Shown here: positions 55,050-64,000 of the stretch, piece after piece
Layout: each line of letters begins with the position of its first letter
How positions within the stretch are numbered: the stretch's first letter is position 1
NCBI RefSeq assembly: GCF_006345805.1
Contig: NW_021836138.1
Coordinates: 124,001-188,000 of the forward strand
Origin: Octopus sinensis
Lineage: Eukaryota
Length of the DNA: 64,000 bases
Reading direction: 5' to 3'
Made by a program: the position numbers and the translations under genes
The notes under the pieces: generated by a model
Told to the model about the DNA's origin: nothing
The model's database searches: none
What the model saw: the letters and a program-made list of their open reading frames with translations, nothing else

Positions 55050-55309
55050 TCTGTTGTGTCTGGGGAGAGTCAATTTCTTTTTGTGCCTTATAATGTAACA
55101 CACTCACCGGTACGGTAAAACTTCCATTTATTTCTTATTATTATTTTCCTAAAATTTTCGTTGCGTCTTGCAACCTTTTCAATAGTAAGTGTATTAAATT
55201 ATAAGGCACAAAAAGAAAATGACTCCCCCCTCCGCCCCCAGACACAACAGAATATGCTTCAACACACGAACTCACATAAAGAATCTTGCAAACCAAATCC
55301 AAAAACGAA
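55050..55309. mobile_element. 260-bp inverted Penelope-type mini-element with 12-bp target-site duplication
   Basis: agaaggtaaaat at 55038-55049 and 55310-55321; 55050-55186 is the reverse and 55187-55309 the forward copy of the 22655-22870 family. Confidence 0.8.
55149..55185 (-). ncRNA. Minimal hammerhead motif, U3-A8 core
   Basis: cta-ttgaaaa-g-gttgc/aagac/gcaac-gaaa-at-TT-tag. Confidence 0.6.
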
Positions 55310-55469
55310 AGAAGGTAAAATGTTATTACTTCTATTGGCAACAAAGGGATTTTTCTCTTTGAGTGGAAGGTACGAAGGCACAACATGGATAGTGATTGCA
55401 TAGGATTTATGGATTTTGAAAAAGATAAAAATAAAAAGATGAAACAAAATGTTCTGATTTAGGGGTTAC

Positions 55470-55760
55470 GTTAGTGTGCATAAATGACTGAACGCAAATA
55501 AACTGGAAGAAAAATTGGGTGTTATAAGACTAACCAGATGTGGAATGCAAAAGAGCAAAATACTCTGGTATGGACTTGAGCAGCAGATGAAGGTGGACTG
55601 TTGAAATACCAAGTAGTCAAAGTGGAAAGGATCTGTTTTATTGGAACGCTGAAGTAGACGTGCGAAAAATTGGTGAAAACGTAGATGTATGACTGAAAGG
55701 TAGCAAAGAGGCAAAGATTCATGAGATGCGGTGCTACAGAAATTCACTTTGAAAAACTGG
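55470..55760 (+). mobile_element. Decayed RTE LINE C-terminal fragment
   Basis: LEEKLGVIRLTRCGMQKSKILWYG resembles RTE LREKLGI..I.C.MQERRLRWYG. Confidence 0.6.
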
Positions 55761-56554
55761 ACATAAAATATACACTGAAGCACATACAGTCATACATACA
55801 CACGCGCGCATATACACACACACACACACACAGTCATACATACACACGCGCGCATACACCACACACACACGCACACACAAGTATATACAAATCAATACAT
55901 ACTTATCGCTACGCGTATATCCTTTATATTCGATCTTTTCCTTGTTTCTGTCATTAGACTGCGGTCGTGCTGGAGTACAGCGTAGTGTAGCATGCAAAAA
56001 CAATAGGCAAAGAATGAATTAACCCAGAAGTTTTTGTTTTTTGTATTGAACCTGGTACTTATTCTATCGGTCTTTTTGCCAGACCGTTAGGTTACGGGGA
56101 CGTAATCACAGGCACAAAGACACACACAGATATATAAATATATACATATACATACTTGAATGTGCGTTGGGAGATTGTCTTAGCCCGTTTGCCTTCGGAC
56201 GGTTGATTTCTATTGTTATTATCAGGGTATTTTGGTGATTTAAATAAGAGATTTGACTGTTATTTCCTGCAGGAAGACATACTTAGTATGTCCTTTGATT
56301 AATTATATATACATTATTATTCTTTTCATTCTTTCCTTCTTCCTATCAGCCCTTTCACACTTCGTTCATTCCACTATTCCACTCTTCGTTCTTTTTTTCC
56401 CTCTCTCTCACATTTTCTGGCCTTCTCTTCATGCTCACTTTCCATATCGAGGGGGTGTATTTCTACGCAGGAAAAAAATATAGGCAAATTTGTTGTTGAA
56501 AATGCACCTAAATTTGAAAAACTTGCAATAAATGAATAAATTTATTTACATATA

Positions 56555-56596
56555 TACCAAACTAGTTTCAACAATATTTTTTGTTTATCAACGGTA
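56555..56596 (-). ncRNA. Hammerhead motif, U3-A8 core (sense copy in 3' repeat)
   Basis: taccg-ttgataa-acaa/aaaata/ttgt-t-gaaa-ctag-TT-tggta. Confidence 0.5.
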
Positions 56597-58089
56597 AAAA
56601 TTTAGAATTATGAATTGAAAGAACATCTTTAAAAGTTTCAATGTTGACAAATTAAAATGTTCATAACAGAAAAATTTAGAATTATGAATTAGAAAAACAT
56701 GTTCAAAACTTTTGATGTTGACAAGTTTTAATGTTCATAACAGTCAATGATATTAAAATCGTGCATTAATTTGTTTGAATGTACAAAGCTCATTAATGTT
56801 AGTAGTGATCGACAAGAAATGAATATTATCAAAGTTTCAGTCGTACTGAGGGAAAAAAAGCAAGCGAGAAATGAAGATTGTAAAATAAGGGATTTGGGTT
56901 ATAGTTTCTCTGATCCTCTTTCCGTCGTGTGTAGGAACTTTTGTTGTAGTTGTAGTTGTAGCGGTGTGTTTTGGAATCCGGTGTATTTATAATTTTTTCC
57001 GTGAGTGGATCTGATTTTTGATTCGTTAAAGTACTGGTGACGTCTTGTTTTTCCGGTGGTCAAATTTGTCATTCTGCATGGCTGGCTTCCCTGTGGGGGA
57101 TGGTCTTCAGTCATTCCGGCTGGTTGATTCTCTTAAAGGGTCATTTTGTTGTATTGGATTGGTCTAGTGACGTCGGCGACTGGTGTTTGTAAAATTTCAT
57201 TGGTCTAGAGATAAGTGACGTTGGCAACTGGTGTTTGTATGGTGATTTGGAGTTGCTGTTTCGAAACCTGGGTGGAACACTGTTACTAAAGTTTTTAAAA
57301 TTGTTTGTTGTTCCTGATTGTTTTTTATGGGGAAATTCAGTCTTTTTCCCTTTTTCTTTTTAGTTTCCAGTGCATTGTTAGAGAGGGAAGATTTAGTATT
57401 TCGGGTTTATGTTTACGGGGCATTGGTCTAGGTGCTGGCTAATGGGAATTTTCTTAGTCGTGGGGTCCCGGATTTGTTGCCCGTGCACCGTTAGTCTGTC
57501 CCACAAGGTTAAATTAGTTTGACCTGTGTAGTCTCCACCACACCCTCCACATTTGAAGACATAGATTAAGTTCTTCGAAGCACAGGTGAAGTGATTTTTT
57601 ATAGTAAAAGTTTGACTTGACTTAAATTTGTATGTTGTACCCTCTAAGAGGAACATGCAAGCTCCGCAGAAGGGGTGGTTGCACTTTTTGACTAGTGGGT
57701 TTATTTTTGGTGGGTAATTTGGCGCTGGTGAGTAATGTTTTTAGGGATTACGGTTGTCTCTTGCTTTCGATAATCCTATGTGTTTCCAGTGCCTTTTCAT
57801 TCGCAGGTCCTTCATAAGAAGGGGTATGTTTTGGTGGATCATGTATGCTATCATATTTCTCGGATTGTGTGTTGATCCGTAAGATACATTTTTATGTGTG
57901 TCATGGTGTTTTCTTGTTTACCGTAATACTTGGATGTCTATCATTTTTGCACTGGCTGGGTATTTTCTATCTAGTAATGTGTTTTTAAGTTCTTGAAGTC
58001 GCGTTTCTCGGGTTTCAGGATTTGATGCAATCGTGCAAATTCTTCTTACTAAGTTGAAGACGTTTTTTCAATTCATAATTCTAAATTTT

Positions 58090-58131
58090 TACCATTGATA
58101 AGCAAAAAGTATTGTTGAAACTAGTTTGGTA
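58090..58131 (+). ncRNA. Hammerhead motif, U3-A8 core (inverted copy)
   Basis: tacca-ttgataa-gcaa/aaagta/ttgt-t-gaaa-ctag-TT-tggta; perfect 5-bp stem I, palindromic actagt. Confidence 0.55.
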
Positions 58132-58197
58132 TATATGCAAATAAATTTATTTTAAACAATTACAAGTTTTTCAATATATATATATATATATATATAT

Positions 58198-58738
58198 ATT
58201 CTTTCCTGAGCGTCAAATAATACTTTAATTGTTCCACGTCCTCGCGTTGATGTATTTTTTTCTGTGTTTCTTGTTTGGATTAACTATAATATATATATAT
58301 ATATATTATATATATGCAATTCGTAAAAGTTCGCCATTTACAGGATGTAATATATGTAAACTCCCCATGTGCTTCGTTGATTTGATCAGTTAGCTGATCG
58401 GCTTAAGCGGGCAGGGTCGTTTATTTATGATACTTCAGGCCTGCTGATGAATACGTAGTATGAAATCACTGTGATACAGGTCTATATTTTTTAAATGTCT
58501 TACTTTGAAAAATTGCATTCGGTGGGATTAGTATATTTTGGTAGAATGACTAATTGTCCCTCTAGCGTGTGGCATGTATGTATAATGCTCTCTGGCATGT
58601 ATGTATAATGCCCTCTATATATAAATTAATATGTTCAATAAGAAATAATTATTTCGAAATTATTCTCTTATGAGGTTTCACGCTATCTACCTGACAATTT
58701 CTTGTTAAGTTTCCTTATTAAGTAGTTGTCCTTAATTG

Positions 58739-58784
<46 letters not shown>

Positions 58785-59010
58785 GAAAGTTTCACCGAAG
58801 TCGTGTCTCGCCTTGATCTTCGAAATGCGGGTAGAGGAAACAGAGGCGACTGAAGATAGGGGAATTTTTCTTGTGTTATATGTCCTGTACTCTATTGTTT
58901 CATTGTTTAAGAAAAATGTCCATTTCCTTGGGTTTGTGTTATGTTTCGTTTCTCATTGTGTTCGAGGTTTTTTGTGTCCTGTACCCATATATGCATGTAT
59001 AACATGTAGA
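58198..59010. mobile_element. Cluster of further Penelope-type terminal repeat fragments (58198-58287, 58315-58500, 58776-59010) separated by (TA)n
   Basis: First is homologous to the 19.9/27.0-kb family, second holds a canonical hammerhead, third assigned by similarity of style only. Confidence 0.55.
58438..58482 (+). ncRNA. Canonical minimal type-I hammerhead ribozyme
   Basis: ggcctg-CTGATGA-atac/gta/gtat-GAAA-tcac/t/gtga-TA-caggtc; all core residues intact, predicted cleavage after 58476. Confidence 0.85.
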
Positions 59011-59039
59011 TTTAGGTACGTACATATATGTATGTATAT

Positions 59040-59066
59040 ATGCATATGTTTTATTTATTAATTTGT

Positions 59067-59116
<50 letters not shown>

Positions 59117-59146
59117 ATAACAAATTAATAAATAAAACATATGCAT
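59040..59146. repeat. About 107-bp near-perfect palindrome centred on (TA)n
   Basis: atgcatatgttttatttattaatttgttatt...aataacaaattaataaataaaacatatgcat. Confidence 0.9.
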
Positions 59147-59163
59147 TTATATATATATATATC

Positions 59164-59194
<31 letters not shown>

Positions 59195-59519
59195 CGTTGC
59201 TCCAACATGGCCGCATTCAGATGATTGAAACAAGAAAAAGAAAAAGAATGAAAGACTATAACTGCTTACAGTTTCCGCCTACTAAATCTACTTACAAAGC
59301 GTTGGTCAGCCCGCGATTATAGAAGACATTTGGCCAAGATGCCACGCAGTAGGACTGAACGCGGAAGTAACTTCTTACCACACTGCCATGCCTTCGCCTA
59401 TGCACACACATACCCAGTCACCCCCAATCCCACACATAAACAAACATATATATATATGTAATTAGTCACCCATATGTTTAGGTTTGTGGGTGAGTGCGTA
59501 TATATGTAATCACGTAAAA

Positions 59520-60030
59520 TAACAGGTTTTACATCAGAGTGTCCTTGTCCTAGAAGCATGCTGTGACAATATTTCAAGAGCCCTCACTCCTTGCTGTTGG
59601 AGTCCTGACACAAACCGAGGGTAATTCATTACCCCACGCGCTCAGATGGATTGTCTTAAGATGAGCAAGTTAGTACATAGCCGGGATCCTGGCAAGTGCT
59701 ACTATTCCAAGTCAGAGGAGACCTGGGAACAATCGTAGCTAAGAGATGGTCCCACTCTCCTCAAATCCCTGGAACTCACTGGAGTATCACTAAAGGATCC
59801 AGTCATACCCAGGTTATCACGCATCGGCCTATCACTAAGTACTAATCACGGTAGCTCAGGGAATGGTACTCATGTTGTACAAGCGTTTATCACTATAATC
59901 CGATGACGTACAGATGTCACTTTATCGTGACTCTATGGGTCTTTCCATCTACTGAAAATCCCAGGGCAATGGAAGAATGGTGGCGTGCGAAGACCTGACC
60001 AGTTGGAAGTGCACAGTAAGTGACAACTTC
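59520..60030 (-). mobile_element. Possible RTE-type 5' UTR fragment
   Basis: About 50% GC block; minus strand ends caaggacactctgatgtaaaacc, like the motif in the RTE 5' region near 19000. Confidence 0.35.
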
Positions 60031-60829
60031 TGTCTATCGCTTATGCTTCAAACCATGTCTATCTGCTGCGTAACTGTATAGATATGTATAGATATTTGGG
60101 AGGTCATGAACGGGAAATCAGAAAAAACCATTGATAACGAGGAAGCACAAGGAGATGCCAAACATCTATGAAGATGGAGCATACATACATCACCATGTAT
60201 GTATGAATGTATGTATGTATGCATGTTTGCCTAGTTTAATTTTTCCAATTTCTCACCAAGGGAGAAAAAGCCAGCTTATAGCTTAAGAACAAGACACTTC
60301 CATTAGAATTTAGATATCACAGGGCTAGTCAAGTATGAACGTACGAACGTACGTATGCATGTATGTATTCACATAGCTATATATATATGCACGTATGTAT
60401 GTACATGCGTACGTATGAATATATACATAACTATGGCTATAAGTGTACATATCGTACATCTTATGAATTTTATCGTACTTATACACTTTCAATTTACATT
60501 ATTTCATCATCCTTCAATAATACGTTTCGCTACAGTTTACCCCGCTTTTCTTATCTATCTCCCGTTCTATCTATTTTACTCAACCATCATTCTTTTGCTG
60601 CATCTGTATACCTTTGTCTTCCTCTCTCCAATTTCTCTCCACATCTGTCTCCCCCCCCCTGTCTTTACCTCGTCCTCAAACTCTCTTCATATCATTGGAA
60701 CCCTCTTCTCATTACCCATATATTTCTAAACATATTTTCCTCTCTCTCTCTCCTACTTTCTCCCGCCTTTTCTCTCTCATACTTTCACTATTATTTTGCT
60801 TCTTGTTTTATATGCATATATATATATAA

Positions 60830-60860
<31 letters not shown>

Positions 60861-61494
60861 ATATTATATACATACATATAATTCCAACTATCTCCTTCCC
60901 ATTATTTCCCTGCTCTGTGTGTCCTCATCTCTCTCTCCCCCCATCTTTCTCTCTTCCTCTCATTCACTTGCTACTAATTACTTTCACTTCATCTATTTTC
61001 CCCTTTCTATCTGAATTATTCTATTTCTTTTTTCCTGTTTCCCCATCTCTTGCTCTCACCTTCTTTCTATCTGTCTATTTATCTATCTACTACACACTAT
61101 CTCTCTCCATGATTCCTTATATTTTTTCATCTGCTCCCCCCTGTTTTCTCTGTTTGACCATGTCTACATGTGTCTACATGCATACCTTGAATAGAATTCA
61201 TGCATTCACTGGATATTTTTCATCTCAACTATTATGCTCAAAACCAGAATATCAAAGATTATCTTGTTCAAATAACATCAGACCAATACATAGAAATACA
61301 GGGATACACACACAAACACATACATAAACACACACATGCCAACACATACTTGTATATGTATGTATGCACATATATATTAAAATACACGCCGACAAATAAA
61401 AATCAAAAATACACATCTACACAGACACACATTCAAAACAGAAACATAAATGCTCTCACATGCATACACTCTTCAGAATTCTTTTTCAGTTCAG

Positions 61495-61632
61495 GCTATA
61501 TTGAAGCCTTGTTATCTAAGCTTGGTTTGATGAGATACAATGACCAGAACAACGAACTGCATGCTCCCTACTACACCCATTACTATTATTTGAAGACTGC
61601 TTTGATGATAGAATTGTATGAAGAAATAAAAG
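61495..61632 (+). CDS. Candidate 138-nt phase 1-1 exon (GYIEALLSKLGLMRYNDQNNELHAPYYTHYYYLKTALMIELYEEIK)
   Basis: ttctttttcagttcag acceptor, AAG/gttaga donor, 46 open codons of normal composition between low-complexity flanks. Confidence 0.35.
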
Positions 61633-61931
61633 GTTAGAATATGTATAGAAAACATGCATGTAATATATGCATATACAATATTTACATACATCATACATGC
61701 ATATATATATATAATGATTTTAGTATATATATATATATAGGGAAATATTAACAACAATTGAAATATTATATGATAAAGAACTCAATACGTAAAATCAAGT
61801 CGAATATTTAGTTATTCATAATACATGTGCGTGTGTATATATATATATATACATGAATGTGTGTATATATTATATATATACATGTATATATATGTAAGTT
61901 ATGTATGTATTATGTACACATACATATATAG

Positions 61932-61985
<54 letters not shown>

Positions 61986-61999
61986 GTATATATAAAACA

Positions 62000-62690
62000 A
62001 GATGCGAAGGATTCAGCGGTACATATGTTTCGGGCCTTTATTAGACAGATTTATAACATGCATAATGTATGTCTGTGGCCTTCTTCAGCCGCGCACAACA
62101 GCTTCCACAAGGACATGTGTTACATCAAAATTCTTGGTTGGGGATGCAATCCTCCCATTCACGTACGACATAATGCGGCAGCAGCATAGAATTGAAGCGT
62201 CCATCTCTTTCTTCTCTCAATGTAGAATGAGGAAAATTGGATGTTGAGGTAATGTAAAAAATAAATACATATATAGAGGTGAAGATGGAGGGGCTAGAGT
62301 TCGGGACGAGGGATAAAAAATTATAAAAAGTGTAAGTATAGAATAATATAAAAATGTAGAGGATAAAGCTATAAAGAGTTGTAAGGAGATGTAAAGGGGG
62401 TATAAAGAAATATAAAGAAAATATAAATAAATGTAAAGGCATAAGGTTATAAAGTAAAAATAGAAATAGAAATAAAAGTAAAAAACCTGATAAAAACATG
62501 ATAAAAGTGTAAAAAATGTAAAGATAAGGGATGTGTAGAGGTTACGGGACCAAGCATGGTGGTCAGGAGATTGATAAAATTTAGTTGTAGAATTGTCGTA
62601 AATCAACAGTTCGTCTGGGACCTAATGCGTTGTAAATCAGAGCTGATGAGCATTTAATCTGGTTCCTTGAATTAAATGGACTTCTAGTAC
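62000..62690 (-). mobile_element. Penelope-like 3' fragment (end of GIY-YIG, AT-rich 3' UTR, terminal repeat with hammerhead)
   Basis: Coding end tacaacgcattaggtcc matches tacaatgcttaggtcc at 63510. Confidence 0.6.
62016..62092 (-). ncRNA. Type-I hammerhead ribozyme with extended stem II
   Basis: gcgg-CTGAAGA-a-ggcc...ggcc-c-GAAA-catatg-TA-ccgc; palindromic acatatgt stem III, GUA triplet. Confidence 0.75.
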
Positions 62691-63339
62691 ATCATATCAT
62701 CATGGATACATACACCCACATACACGCGTACATATACGCCTCCAAGCTTATAAGCGTACACCCGCACTCGCGTGTAAACACGTACATCAACACACACGCA
62801 CCCACACGCACGCGCGTACACACACATACATACAACAACAGAATATCCGCATGTATACACGGACATTATGCTCGTACACACTCACATGTATATACGTGCG
62901 CCCATCACTACATACACACACGTATATGCCCACGCCTCTAGGTCTAGGTATAAGATATTAAAGGATGTGTATAAGAACGTATGTAAAGAATCCCGTATTC
63001 ATGTCTATACGTGCACGCACACACGGCTGTGTGTCCGTATGTGCGTGCACATATACACTCACATACACACACAGAGACACACGCGCACATGGGTATAGCT
63101 ATAAAATATCGAAGTATGCATGTACATATATGCGTGTGCATATGTATGTATGCGTATACACACGTACGCGGACGCTCGTATAGTCAAAAGTGGATCCATA
63201 GGTAAGTAATAAACATATATGGAGGTGTAAAACGATAAGTTATGGGTAAAATGAGGGTAAGGGTAAAGATTAGAAATAAAAAATACAGTATAAAATAAAA
63301 TACAATGTAATAGTTAGAAATGAAATATAAGATTATAAA

Positions 63340-63520
63340 AATTATAAGAGTTAAGGTAAGCTGCACCTTATTTAATAATAGAGCAGGATGCCAATGTTGT
63401 GTAGAACTCCTGAACATCTTGAAATTCAAAGACAAACACAATCTTATTAACAAAAGGTCAGAGTTCAAACCATCCTGTATACATAAACTTATTAATACTT
63501 TCAAATACTACAATGCTTAG
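63340..63520 (+). pseudogene. Penelope GIY-YIG C-terminal fragment
   Basis: FNNRAGCQCCVELLNILKFKDKHNLINKRSEFKPSCIHK. Confidence 0.6.
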
Positions 63521-64000
63521 GTCCTATACCAACTCCCCTATGCAATTTCCTCCCACCCGGTGCAACCTGTCGGCTCCAGCACATCCCGCTTTCCTATATG
63601 TGCGTGTATGGTGTATGTGTGTGTGTGTACATATGTATGTGCACATACGTGTACGTATGTGTACATATATATATATATATATGTACATGTGCGTGTGTGT
63701 GTGTGTGTGGGTGGTGTGTATGTGCATATACGGTTCCTGCGTTTTCCTCCTATATATACAAATTTTGTCTCCCATATATGACTTCTTTTCCCTAAATATT
63801 TTCTTCTCCTACACCCATATCCTCCCTATGTAGTCTCTTTAATTCCCTATATCTATACCCTTTCACATTTCTAACTCGGATGTTGAATGCACACCGCCAA
63901 ACTCCACTTCCCACCCTTCCAATTTTCAGTTCCCCCCCGCGCCCCTACGTTTAACACACACCTCTAACTTTCAACCACCTTCATCTCATGTTAAACTTTA

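Larger units (their letters stand above)
56514..58174 (-). mobile_element. Second 5'-truncated Penelope-like element with inverted terminal repeats
   Basis: FNLVRRICTIASNPETRETRLQELKNTLLDRKYP (RT thumb), KCNHPFCGACMF...FTCASKNLIYVFKCGGCGGDYTGQT (GIY-YIG, 57393-57656); 56514-56632 and 58054-58174 are inverted copies. Confidence 0.88.

Noticed and set aside
56260-56310. Strong acceptor ttatttcctgcag
   Set aside because: In-frame stop after nine codons, no donor, and the context looks like an old repeat
62642-62690. CTGATGA followed by a hairpin on the plus strand
   Set aside because: No GAAA or stem III; it is the antisense of Penelope coding sequence

Overview
AT-rich, repeat-saturated eukaryotic DNA. 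The repeat complement (tRNA-derived SINEs with internal microsatellites, RTE/CR1/R4-type LINE debris, Penelope-like elements, Helitron-type elements, long TA/TATC/CATA/TTA microsatellites) looks like a coleoid cephalopod, most likely Octopus; this is inferred from repeat style, not from a database search. No intact protein-coding gene is recognisable. Nearly all ORFs in the supplied track are microsatellite or SINE read-throughs, and the real coding remnants are transposon-derived: mariner transposase, RTE endonuclease/RT, CR1 RT tail, RLE-type LINE C-termini, and Penelope RT plus GIY-YIG. The most interesting signal is about ten minimal type-I hammerhead ribozyme motifs in the terminal repeats of several unrelated Penelope-like families. 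Three of those families carry the same non-canonical U3-A8 core (UUGAnAA instead of CUGAnGA) and one carries a U4C core. Two Penelope copies have inverted terminal repeats, and a 260-bp hammerhead-bearing mini-element is flanked by a 12-bp target-site duplication. A CpG-richer promoter-like island with a perfect RFX X-box lies near 50.0-50.5 kb, and a few low-confidence host exons are noted. Coordinates of old, decayed repeats are approximate.
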